From NCBI GenBank assembly GCA_027487145.1, contig JAIYEC010000070.1, positions 4,477 to 68,476 of the forward strand: 64,000 bases of DNA. The letters are read 5' to 3'. Origin of the DNA: a bacterium (GTDB taxonomy: Bacteria > Patescibacteriota > Minisyncoccia > Phycocordibacterales > UBA918). Numbering within the stretch: the stretch's first letter is position 1; each line of letters begins with the position of its first letter. The position numbers and the translations under genes are program-made. This document shows positions 9,386 to 18,409 of the stretch, in pieces. The notes beneath the pieces were generated by a model. That model saw only the letters and a list, made by a program, of their open reading frames with translations. It was not told the origin of the DNA and ran no database searches.

Positions 9386-10243
9386 CTATCTGTCTATGTT
9401 ATACACCCGTCTAGCGTTTTGTAGAAGCTGGTTACGCACTGTCTCCTCATCCTCATTGCGGATAGCGGCGATGGTTTCGTACACTTCTTCTACCATCCAC
9501 GGTTCGGCTCGTTTGCCACGGTGTGGTATTGGGGCTACGTAGGGACAGTCGGTCTCCCCGTGGATGCGATCTAACGGCAACGCTCGCACGAGCTCTTCAT
9601 ATACCTTCGCGAAGGTAATCACGCCAGTAAATGACACGGTACCACCCAGTTCAAAAAACTTTTCCGCTTCCATCACTGTGCCAGCATAGAAGTGAACATT
9701 AAATGGCACCTTGGCGTATTGCTTGAGTGTCTCATACACGTCGACGTAGACACTACGTCCCGTTGGACTCTCCTCCCCCGGTTTTGGGTTACGGGTATGA
9801 ATCATGAGTGGTAACTCATGTTCATTTGCGAACTGTATCTGAGCGATAAAGTTTTCTTCTTGAGTCGCGAAGCTATCTGGTGTGGTGTGCCAATAATCAA
9901 ATCCACATTCTCCAACTCCTACTACTTTCGGTTGCTTCACAAGCTCTTCATAAAACGCTTTATTAAACGATTCACCCTTGCTAGTAAATGGCTTGGCGCC
10001 TTCACCCGTCTCCTCTTCATCGTGTCGTCCTGGCACTGTCTGGATCGGATGCAGTCCGATAATCGCATACATGTGCTCGTACCGCTGCGCGAGCTCTACC
10101 GCTTTTGCACTCGTTGATTCTTTTGTTCCGACATTAATGACTGCCACACCGCGGTCGGCACAGTCTTTGGCTACTGCTTCAACATCCTCAGCAAAGGCAG
10201 AAAGGTTTAAATGCGCGTGGGTGTCGATGTATTTTGCTTTCAT
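9386..10243 (-). CDS. tatD: TatD-family metal-dependent hydrolase / DNase
   Basis: N-terminal DTHAHL, plus GLHP and GECGFDY motifs. The protein is about 30 aa longer than typical TatD. Confidence 0.8.
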   Translation of the reverse strand: MKAKYIDTHAHLNLSAFAEDVEAVAKDCADRGVAVINVGTKESTSAKAVELAQRYEHMYAIIGLHPIQTVPGRHDEEETGEGAKPFTSKGESFNKAFYEELVKQPKVVGVGECGFDYWHTTPDSFATQEENFIAQIQFANEHELPLMIHTRNPKPGEESPTGRSVYVDVYETLKQYAKVPFNVHFYAGTVMEAEKFFELGGTVSFTGVITFAKVYEELVRALPLDRIHGETDCPYVAPIPHRGKRAEPWMVEEVYETIAAIRNEDEETVRNQLLQNARRVYNIDR

Positions 10244-10305
10244 AAATCACCTAATCCTCTAAACATATCACACTCAACTCTTGTTTTATAGTACGGTTAA
10301 CCGTA

Positions 10306-10855
10306 CTATTTAGGTTTAAGGAAGGAATTGATACGTAGTTCGTAGTCAGAGAATGCAAGGTAATCATGATTGTCCCCTGATAAGGTTTCTAAGCTAATCG
10401 AAGATGCAAACATTGCAGTCTTTTCTCTTACTACATCATAGAGTGCAGTAGGATCATTGTCATTATGAAATGCCAGTGTAGCCACCGTAAAATCTTTAAG
10501 GAGCGACCACCCATCTTTAGACAGGTCATCAGCCACAATACTTAGTGGCATTCCAAAAAAGACACATTTCGTTGGCTGGATAACACCTCCGGTAACAGCT
10601 TTTAAAGCTAAAATCGTACCGATAGATTTTGCAAAAAATAAACCATTCACTTCCCTCGCCGACACCGTCTTCTTCAACAATTTTTTTGATTTTTTCTAAT
10701 TCAGCCTCAAAATTAATATTCTTTTCCTCGGTAGCCCAATGGTCATAGTGAATAAAAAATACGTTATCAAATTGGTTATCAAAATGTTCAACACATGATT
10801 CACCCCACACTTGATTTCTCTTACTCCCTCCGGCTAAGACTAGTAGTTTTTTCAT
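10306..10855 (-). pseudogene. alpha/beta-hydrolase-like gene split by a frameshift at A6 (10633-10638)
   Basis: ORFs 10529-10855 and 10306-10680 overlap in different frames. Removing one base from the homopolymer gives ..GSEWFIFAKSIGTILALKAV.., which restores an A-x-S-x-G nucleophile elbow. Confidence 0.5.
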
Positions 10856-10858
10856 GAC

Positions 10859-11044
10859 TTAAAAATTATGCTTAATCCACCATCTTTTGATAAAAGGAAG
10901 TGAAAGTGTTGAGAGAAGATATCCTCCGGTTGGAACTAAGGCATTAATAAAAGGTTCACTCACACCGATACGATACATAAATAAAACAGCTACAGTATAG
11001 GTTACTCCTGCAACTAATCCTCTTCTTGTCTTACTTACCTCCAT
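10859..11044 (-). CDS. hypothetical small membrane protein
   Basis: 61-aa ORF with two hydrophobic helices. Confidence 0.3.
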   Translation of the reverse strand: MEVSKTRRGLVAGVTYTVAVLFMYRIGVSEPFINALVPTGGYLLSTLSLPFIKRWWIKHNF

Positions 11045-11092
11045 GCCTTATCAAGTTCGACACGCTTATTTCGCTCTTGAATTTGTTTTAGT

Positions 11093-11485
11093 TCAGTTTC
11101 CATACAATTCTTCGTGGCGTTGTTTTAGTTCGACTTTTTGTTTGGTTTTGATAACATCCCACATATGTTCAGAAGTCTCGAGGAACGCTGGTGCACGCTG
11201 CGAGTACTTAGTGAGACCGTGCTCAATTACCGCCTCCGCACTTTCGATATACCCAGCGTGTTCAAGTTGTGCTAATACACACGCGTAGTCCCACACGATA
11301 TCAGAGAGCTCATCTTCAAGATGAACACTATTTTGTTCTTTTATTTCAGCACGCACTTCTTCAACTTCATCTTTGAGACCACCAAGATACTGTAAAGCAA
11401 CTTCATCTGCTGGCCGGCCCTGAAGTGATGGGTTGTTACGAATATTTTCGCGAGCAATATTGAGAATGTCAGAAAAATTTTCCAT
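11093..11485 (-). CDS. MazG-like nucleotide pyrophosphohydrolase domain protein
   Basis: Acidic EEVxE..LxDELSD..W pattern typical of the MazG/HisE fold. It is packed 3 nt from the NUDIX gene. Confidence 0.6.
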   Translation of the reverse strand: MENFSDILNIARENIRNNPSLQGRPADEVALQYLGGLKDEVEEVRAEIKEQNSVHLEDELSDIVWDYACVLAQLEHAGYIESAEAVIEHGLTKYSQRAPAFLETSEHMWDVIKTKQKVELKQRHEELYGN

Positions 11486-11487
11486 AT

Positions 11488-11880
11488 CTAAGTAATTAGA
11501 TTATCGATAAAACCTTTTACTTCCATGAGCTTATCTTGGGGCAAAAGCCTTTTGTCAGCTTCTTCAAAACTCAACCATTCCCCTCCGGCACCTTCAAGTA
11601 CTTTGAATTCTTTGATTTCTGTTCGAAATAAATAAAAATATCTTTCTACTAAGATATCATCGAAATTAGTTACATCTAAAGCTAAAAATTCTATATCTGA
11701 TTCCGCCAGTTTAATATCTAACTCTTCTTTTGTCTCTCTTAATATAGCCTCAAGTGGACTCTCTCCTTCTTCAATACTCCCTCCAAAAAATCCCCATGGT
11801 GGCAATTTGTGACCTGTGCGATCTTGGATGAAAATTTCACCTTCTGAGTTATACGGAACAAGTAGTGATTTTTTCTTCAT
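11488..11880 (-). CDS. NUDIX hydrolase
   Basis: Nudix box GGSIEEGESPLEAILRETKEELDI. Confidence 0.8.
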   Translation of the reverse strand: MKKKSLLVPYNSEGEIFIQDRTGHKLPPWGFFGGSIEEGESPLEAILRETKEELDIKLAESDIEFLALDVTNFDDILVERYFYLFRTEIKEFKVLEGAGGEWLSFEEADKRLLPQDKLMEVKGFIDNLIT

Positions 11881-11882
11881 AC

Positions 11883-13322
11883 TTATGCTTCAAGGCGCGG
11901 GAAGAGGTTGTCGGGTTTTTTGTTTTGCAGAACCGCTTCCTTAATTTTTATATTTGCTTCTGGCATGATTGGGAACAATAGTCGGCTGACGATGTAGACG
12001 TCGTGTACAAGCTCAGCGATAAGCTTCTTCCCTGCTTCTTTATCTTCTTTAACAAACTTGAATGGTTCGGTGGCAGTGATTCTTTCATCAAGGTCGCCGA
12101 CTTTTTTCCAAATGATGTCGCAGGCTCCTTGGAAGTTATATTGGTCAAGCGCGAGCAAGAACGCCAGGTCAAAGTCGGCGACCGTTGGCTTTTCTATTGG
12201 ACCATCGAGGTGTGTCTCAGCCATCTTCATCACGCGGGCGACGAGATTACCGAGGCCATTTACGAGATTCGCTGTATAGTACTCATCCATTTTTTCCCAG
12301 GTGAGATCTGAGTCATCAAACGGGTGGACGTGACGGAGAAGAATGTACCGTGTCGCGTCTGTACCATAGCGAGCAACCATCTCTTGAGGAGAGATAACAT
12401 TCCCCAGACTCTTACTCATCTTCTGCCCCCCACTGTTGATGAAGCCGTGGTAGTAGATGGTATCAGTTGGTTTAATGCCGGCTGAGAATAACATCGCTTG
12501 GAAAATAATCGACTGGAACCGCACCTGGTCTTTTCCGGCCAGCTGCAGTGTCTCACCCTCAACCCAGAACTTCTTGAAGTCACCTGCTTCGTTTGGCCAG
12601 CCTAAGGTTGAGATGTAGTTCGTGAGTGCATCAAACCACACGTACATGACATGGTTATCATCACCAGGAACCGGCACCCCCCAATCCATACGATCTTTTT
12701 GTCGTGAGATAGAAAGATCTTCAAGTCCCCCTTTCACAAACTCTAAAGCCCACTGCCGGTGCCACTCTGGCGTCACCGATGATTCTTTACTCAATAGTTC
12801 AATCAGAGCATCTTGATACTTTGAAAGTCGGAAGAAATAATTTTCTTCTTCGAGTTCAATCGGTTCCATGTTTGGGTGGTTTGGACACCGCCCTTCAACT
12901 AAATCACTCTCACGCAAAAACATCTCATCTCCGACACAGTAGAGACCTTTGAAGGACTTTTTATAGATATCGCCGTTTGCTTCACAACGACGCCAGATCT
13001 CTTGGGCGGCTGCTTTGTGAGAATCATCTGTAGTTCGAATGAAATTGTTGTACGAAAGATTAAGAGCTTCTTTGAGTCGATTAAACTCAGTTGCATAATG
13101 GTCGACATATGCCTGACGGCTCTCGCCTTTCTCATCGGCCTTTTGAGCAATCTTTTGCCCATGTTCGTCGGTACCAGTATTGAAAAAAACCTCATGCCCC
13201 ATGAGACGATAGTAACGAGCGAGGGTGTCCGCTTGAATGACTTCAAGTGCAAACCCGATATGAGGATCGGCGTTCACATATGGCAAAGTAGTGGTGATAT
13301 ATTTAGCTTTTTTCGCTTCCAT
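11883..13322 (-). CDS. metG: methionyl-tRNA synthetase (short form, no C-terminal domain)
   Basis: N-terminal YITTTLPYVNADPHIGF (HIGH region) and KMSKSLGN. Confidence 0.9.
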   Translation of the reverse strand: MEAKKAKYITTTLPYVNADPHIGFALEVIQADTLARYYRLMGHEVFFNTGTDEHGQKIAQKADEKGESRQAYVDHYATEFNRLKEALNLSYNNFIRTTDDSHKAAAQEIWRRCEANGDIYKKSFKGLYCVGDEMFLRESDLVEGRCPNHPNMEPIELEEENYFFRLSKYQDALIELLSKESSVTPEWHRQWALEFVKGGLEDLSISRQKDRMDWGVPVPGDDNHVMYVWFDALTNYISTLGWPNEAGDFKKFWVEGETLQLAGKDQVRFQSIIFQAMLFSAGIKPTDTIYYHGFINSGGQKMSKSLGNVISPQEMVARYGTDATRYILLRHVHPFDDSDLTWEKMDEYYTANLVNGLGNLVARVMKMAETHLDGPIEKPTVADFDLAFLLALDQYNFQGACDIIWKKVGDLDERITATEPFKFVKEDKEAGKKLIAELVHDVYIVSRLLFPIMPEANIKIKEAVLQNKKPDNLFPRLEA

Positions 13323-13447
13323 AAAAGCTACTTTAGCATATTTATTGGATCTGATACACGATTAGGTTTTTTAACAGTGTCAGCCTATTTGATTATTTGC
13401 GGGTGTGCTATAGTCTGTCTTCATTTCTAAAAAAGGGGGATGAAAAA

Positions 13448-13579
13448 ATGCCTACGTTCTTTGAAACCAGCCTGATGGTAGCACTGATTCTTGCTATCTT
13501 CATCATCAGTATTATCGGAATCTCGTATTCCGATCCTGCTCATACGGGCATGATACTTCCAGTAAGTTTTTTGCCCTGA
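13448..13579 (+). CDS. hypothetical small membrane protein
   Basis: An RBS-like ggggga lies upstream of MPTFFETSLMVALILAIFIISIIG. The terminator hairpin at 13601-13640 (gcaatcgcttgtg..cacaagtgattgc + T7) follows. Confidence 0.3.
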   Translation: MPTFFETSLMVALILAIFIISIIGISYSDPAHTGMILPVSFLP

Positions 13580-13689
13580 CGGGCTGTGACTTTGGTCAAA
13601 GCAATCGCTTGTGCACTACACAAGTGATTGCTTTTTTTATATATTGCTGGTATAACTTGCGTCCGTCATTCCGACGGAGGAGACCACTC

Positions 13690-13977
13690 ATGAAGACCAA
13701 TGTGAAGACTACCCTTCTCACTGCCGCTCTCGTCGCCGTCGCCGGCGCTATCGCCACCCAGGTCAAGAAGAGGGGGGTCCGGAACACCGTCGAAGGCATC
13801 AAGGATGGCGGCACCAAAGTGCTCGATGCCGGCAAGAAGTCGATTTTGCAGCTCGTGTCCGACAACACGGACAAGGCGGGCGACGGAGGGTCGATCGAGG
13901 GTGTCGGTGGTCAGCTCACCAGCGATACCAACGAGGGCGACCTCGGCGACCGGGCACTGGAACGCGTCGAAGGCTGA
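13690..13977 (+). CDS. small secreted protein (signal peptide plus Gly/Asp-rich mature part) encoded in a GC-rich islet
   Basis: RBS ggagga, start MKTNVKTTLLTAALVAVAGAIATQ. The local GC content is clearly higher than the flanks. The GC hairpin terminator at 14015-14056 follows. Confidence 0.5.
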   Translation: MKTNVKTTLLTAALVAVAGAIATQVKKRGVRNTVEGIKDGGTKVLDAGKKSILQLVSDNTDKAGDGGSIEGVGGQLTSDTNEGDLGDRALERVEG

Positions 13978-14133
13978 TCCAGCCCTTCAACGCCAGAACT
14001 GCGATCACCTGGTTTCCGCCCCGCTGCGCACATGTTGTGCGGCGGGGCTTTTTCTTTTGTAATCAAAAATTAGGTAAGAGTTGCGTAGCGGTAGCGTCAA
14101 AAAGAAAAGAGGTTCACTTGTAGGGAGGAATAT

Positions 14134-14292
14134 ATGGCTACGCCACCGTCACCTCGTTTCACCTGGCTACAGCAGCTCATTATTTACGTCTTGGTCATTC
14201 TTTTCATTCTTTCTGCCTATGACAAATTTGCAAAGGCAGACTTTTGGGATGACCTAAACAACAAAAAAGTAGTGCCTGAAGCTTCTGAATAA
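14134..14292 (+). CDS. hypothetical 52-aa membrane protein
   Basis: RBS gggagga, MATPPSPRFTWLQQLIIYVLVILFILSAY... It falls below the cutoff of the ORF track. Confidence 0.3.
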   Translation: MATPPSPRFTWLQQLIIYVLVILFILSAYDKFAKADFWDDLNNKKVVPEASE

Positions 14293-14410
14293 TTATAGCC
14301 AACAAAAACTATCTGGGTTATTTCTTTGTTAGCCACCGTCGCCAAACGGTATCTATCAAAGCAATACACTCATGCCACTCACGCTGCGCCTTTCTTGGGC
14401 GCAGTTTTCT

Positions 14411-15802
14411 TTAGGTAAGTTTTGAAATAAGTTCTGAAATATGTACTCGTTCTTGCTCTCCGGTATCTCGATGACGAATAGTGACCGTGTCCTTAAGGTT
14501 TGGATTTTCTTCACCCAAGGTATCGAAGTCAATTACGATACAGTATGGTGTTCCGATTTCATCCTGGCGACGATATCGCTTCCCTACGTTTCCGTTATCG
14601 TCCCACGCAACATTACCAAATTCTTTTTTAAGAGAGACAAATACCTCTCGGGCTTTGGCGACAAGCTCTGGCTTATTTTTAAGCAGTGGTGAGACAGCTA
14701 CTTTGTATGGAGCAAGGTGAATTGGAAGTTTGAGGTATGTACGAATTTCTCCGCCCATTTCATCTTCGGTGTATGCTTCAGCCAAGACTGCGGTAAATGC
14801 GCGACCAACACCAAACGAAGGTTCAAGAACATGTGGAATAAATGGCACACCTTCTGCTGGTGTATAGCGCATCTTTACTCCACTCGCTTCCTCGTGACTC
14901 TTGAGGTCATGGTCAGTACGATACGCAAAGCCAGCCAACTCATCAAAGCCTTTTCCTGGGTAGTTATATTCGAAGTCGATGGTTCGCTTACTGTAGTGAG
15001 CTAGGTCATTTTCAGGCACTTCATACTCACGGATGTTTTCGTCCTTGAGGCCAAGGTGTGCATGCCAGGCTTTGATATCAAGATGTAGTTTCTCAAACTC
15101 TTCTTGCCAATCTTTCTCTTCGACAAAGTACTCGATTTCCATTTGCTCAAATTCGCGGACACGGAAAAGAAATTCGCGCGGTGCAATCTCATTACGAAAT
15201 GCCTTCCCTACCTGCGCGATACCAAACGGCAGCTTTGGTGACATTGAATCAACGACATTTTTGAAATTTACGAAAATACCTTGGGCAGTTTCGGGTCGCA
15301 GATATGATTTCATATCTCCCTCTGCTCCAACTTGGGTTTCAAACATCAAATTAAAATTTTTGACCTCGCCCCAATCACGTTTCTGACATTTCGGACAAAT
15401 TATGTCGGCACCTGATTTAAACTTCATTTGGAACTGTTCCAGGGTTAATCCATCAACACCTGTTTTTCCGTTTTCTTTCAACACATGATCAGCTCGATGT
15501 CTTGTACCGCAGGCATTACAAACTACTACCGGGTCTGAAAAACCCGCACCAGTATGTCCAGATGCTTCCCACACTTTCTCATTCATCAAAATCGCAGCGT
15601 CAAGTCCGTACATATCCTCACGACCATCGACAAACATCTTCCACCACTCTCGCTTAATATTGTTGTTAAGAGCTACACCAAGTGGGCCGAGGTCCCAGGT
15701 TCCTTTCAGCCCACCGTAGATTTCGCTACCCTGAAATACAAAGCCACGTCGTTTGCAAAGACTGACAATTTTATCCATCTTATTATCTTGATTTTCTTTC
15801 AT
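14411..15802 (-). CDS. glyQS: glycyl-tRNA synthetase (alpha2 dimeric type)
   Basis: Class II aaRS motifs, with an N-terminus typical of GlyRS (VSLCKRRGFVFQGSEIYGGLKGTWDLGPLGV). Confidence 0.9.
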   Translation of the reverse strand: MKENQDNKMDKIVSLCKRRGFVFQGSEIYGGLKGTWDLGPLGVALNNNIKREWWKMFVDGREDMYGLDAAILMNEKVWEASGHTGAGFSDPVVVCNACGTRHRADHVLKENGKTGVDGLTLEQFQMKFKSGADIICPKCQKRDWGEVKNFNLMFETQVGAEGDMKSYLRPETAQGIFVNFKNVVDSMSPKLPFGIAQVGKAFRNEIAPREFLFRVREFEQMEIEYFVEEKDWQEEFEKLHLDIKAWHAHLGLKDENIREYEVPENDLAHYSKRTIDFEYNYPGKGFDELAGFAYRTDHDLKSHEEASGVKMRYTPAEGVPFIPHVLEPSFGVGRAFTAVLAEAYTEDEMGGEIRTYLKLPIHLAPYKVAVSPLLKNKPELVAKAREVFVSLKKEFGNVAWDDNGNVGKRYRRQDEIGTPYCIVIDFDTLGEENPNLKDTVTIRHRDTGEQERVHISELISKLT

Positions 15803-15807
15803 AGGTT

Positions 15808-17763
15808 TTACTGCGTAACGAGTCCCCGTTCTTGTGATATTCCTTTAATTTCACTCGTAATTCCCACTACACTAGTCGTAACCAGCGTATTTGTAAAGCG
15901 ATCGACCGCTGAAAGGTTGAGGGTATTTACAAGGGTTGGAGAAGTACCGATCTGTGAGGTGCTCGGTAAGAAGTTAAGGGCGAACGTAAGTTCTTTGGTG
16001 GTGCCGCTCGTAATATCTCCCACACTCCACTCCAGCTGTCTTGAAATTGGATTAAAAGAGACTGTACCTGGTCCAGAGAATTCATTCTGCCATTCAACAA
16101 AGGTTGGAAGCGAGGTCGTAACTACGGTATTACGGAGATTATTGGCTCCACCGCCAGCCACCAGCTTTACTTGATAGCGGGTTGCCTGACCTGGTTTTGG
16201 TGGTAGTGGTCCCGTCACATGCGACAAGCTACCTTCAATACTCGCAGCTGAAGCATACCGAGCTTCGGCGGTCACTGTACCGACTAATTGTTGTACGGCC
16301 GATGGTTCCGAGACTCGCTTGGCATACACATTAACCGCGATATTAAATGAAGCAGTAGTCTGACCAAGCACTGGATCAATCGAGAAGTTAAGATTTCGCA
16401 CCTGGCCCGCCTGCACCTGACTAAACTCGGGTGTGTTGGAGACATCCCACCGCACCAGGTTCTTGTTTGAGTCATAGAATCCCTGGCGACTTTGGATTGA
16501 GTCAGCCTTGAGGGCATTACCAGTTGGCACCACTTCTACGACCATGTCATACACAGGCTCTTTGAGCGTATTTTTAATAGAGACTTGCACCACTGAGCTC
16601 TTATCTTCTTCCAAGACAACGGACTTATCGCGGTCTCCAGCAATATCAATATCGACGGCAATAAATGGTTGTTCCAAGACAAACTCCGCTCTAGCTTCGG
16701 CTAAGAGTGACCCGACAATAAATTCATTATCGTCACGCGAGGCGCCGGCGGTAAAGTCAACTACGAGACCCTCGCTATTGAGTCCAATGATTGATCCGTT
16801 AATGATGATTGTCTCAGTCTCTTCTGGCTTAAGTTCATCAATTTTCCAAACATTTTGATTGTAGAGCGGATCAGGTACGGCTGTTTTGTATGAAAAACCA
16901 CTTGGATATCGACTGGTAATCAAAACATCTTTTAATACTTTATTGGTATTTGATTTGACCTTAAGCGTAATCTGTACTGGCTGACCAGCAGAAACCCTCC
17001 TGACGGAATCCACTTGAAGAATAATTGGCGAAGAGATGATTTGGACATTAAACGGTTCAGCATTTTTATAGAACACTCCGTCAGAACCAACAATCCGATA
17101 CTCCAATGTAGCCTGAATTTGTGACTGTTGGTTTTCTTTTCCGTATACTGCCACTTGGAGTTGAATATTCCGTGCCTCGCCGGGCCCGAGCATCCCCACG
17201 TCTATGCGTTCTTCGTAAAGATTTTTAACTGGCTCAGTGACAGACCGCGTCCCTTCAGGGTATTTCACAATCAGCGAGGCTCCTTCAATTGCCACGGAGT
17301 TTTGATTGGTAACACCAATCTGAAATGAGACTGTTTCCCCACCACTAATATTGTTGTTGCCAGCAATATTAAAGGCGATATTATCGCCGGAAATACGATT
17401 ATTTCCAAAGTAGAAGTATGCCGCTGAACCCGCTGCTACTAAACAAAAAATTATCAGGCTAGCAATCAAAACGAATTTTCGGTACCGGTGTGGTTGCTCG
17501 CTCTGATTAAGAAACGCTGTCTCATCGTCTGCCGGTAAGTCCCAGGTTGCGGAAACCGCCAGCGGATCATCTTCAAGTTGATGACGCTCTATACCATTAT
17601 CAACAGGACCACGGGCATACAATCGCTTTCGAAGCTCATCAAGTTCTCGCTGGTCACGAATATCGGACATGCCAGTAGTATACCACCACTCTTTTCTAGA
17701 GATGACTGAGTGATACTGCCTTTTCAATAATCGGTGCCAGGACCTTCTCGGTAGTAGTATCAA
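15808..17763 (-). CDS. hypothetical membrane-anchored protein with a large beta-rich extracytoplasmic domain
   Basis: Cytoplasmic N-terminus, a single TM helix (FVLIASLIIFCLVAAGSAAYFYF), then about 520 aa rich in V, S, T and N with repetitive beta-strand character. Confidence 0.55.
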   Translation of the reverse strand: MILLPRRSWHRLLKRQYHSVISRKEWWYTTGMSDIRDQRELDELRKRLYARGPVDNGIERHQLEDDPLAVSATWDLPADDETAFLNQSEQPHRYRKFVLIASLIIFCLVAAGSAAYFYFGNNRISGDNIAFNIAGNNNISGGETVSFQIGVTNQNSVAIEGASLIVKYPEGTRSVTEPVKNLYEERIDVGMLGPGEARNIQLQVAVYGKENQQSQIQATLEYRIVGSDGVFYKNAEPFNVQIISSPIILQVDSVRRVSAGQPVQITLKVKSNTNKVLKDVLITSRYPSGFSYKTAVPDPLYNQNVWKIDELKPEETETIIINGSIIGLNSEGLVVDFTAGASRDDNEFIVGSLLAEARAEFVLEQPFIAVDIDIAGDRDKSVVLEEDKSSVVQVSIKNTLKEPVYDMVVEVVPTGNALKADSIQSRQGFYDSNKNLVRWDVSNTPEFSQVQAGQVRNLNFSIDPVLGQTTASFNIAVNVYAKRVSEPSAVQQLVGTVTAEARYASAASIEGSLSHVTGPLPPKPGQATRYQVKLVAGGGANNLRNTVVTTSLPTFVEWQNEFSGPGTVSFNPISRQLEWSVGDITSGTTKELTFALNFLPSTSQIGTSPTLVNTLNLSAVDRFTNTLVTTSVVGITSEIKGISQERGLVTQ

Positions 17764-18274
17764 TAGTTATCTTGGCTAACTCAGTAATGTCTATATCGAC
17801 GATTTCGGGCAATACCCGGGCATCTACATATCCTAATTCTCGCAGTATCCGGACCATAATAATGTGCTCAACCGTACTGCGGGTACCAACGTCTTTGGCC
17901 AAGACACGAAGCGAGACTAAGAAATAATCGAACAATACTGGGAAGGCTTCTTCCCCACCATAAAATCGACGTAAAAATTTTGTAATAGCAACAACACTTC
18001 CGCGCGCTGCTTTATCAGACGCAGACATGAAAAAATTTTCTCGTGACTCAATACTACCAACCTTCCAACTACTCTTACCCTTAACAAGCGAGACTCGAAC
18101 GTAGGAAAAGTCTTGTAGTGCCATCCGTTGGCGAGAACGTTCTTCGCGTACACTCTTAGCTTCCGCATACAACATACCTGCTTCACGGGTGAATAAGAGA
18201 TATGAACGATCTGCGGTGTTTCGATTGAATGTACCACATATAATCGCTTCAGTCGTATATGTCTGATATGCCAT
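17696..18274 (-). CDS. recO: DNA repair protein RecO-like (short)
   Basis: An N-terminal OB-fold pattern (TEAIICGTFNRNTADRSYLLFTREAGMLYAEAKSVRE) resembles RecO. At 192 aa it is shorter than typical RecO. Confidence 0.5.
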   Translation of the reverse strand: MAYQTYTTEAIICGTFNRNTADRSYLLFTREAGMLYAEAKSVREERSRQRMALQDFSYVRVSLVKGKSSWKVGSIESRENFFMSASDKAARGSVVAITKFLRRFYGGEEAFPVLFDYFLVSLRVLAKDVGTRSTVEHIIMVRILRELGYVDARVLPEIVDIDITELAKITIDTTTEKVLAPIIEKAVSLSHL

Positions 18275-18409
18275 ATTACGCGGTTATAAAAAAGCGATTA
18301 ACTTCTTCTCCTTGCACAAAATACCCCTCACCGTACAAGCAAGTACGACTCGAAGTATTTTGTTGGTGTTCATCGTTTCTCATCTTTTTTCTAACCGCTT
18401 TGTCAGTGG

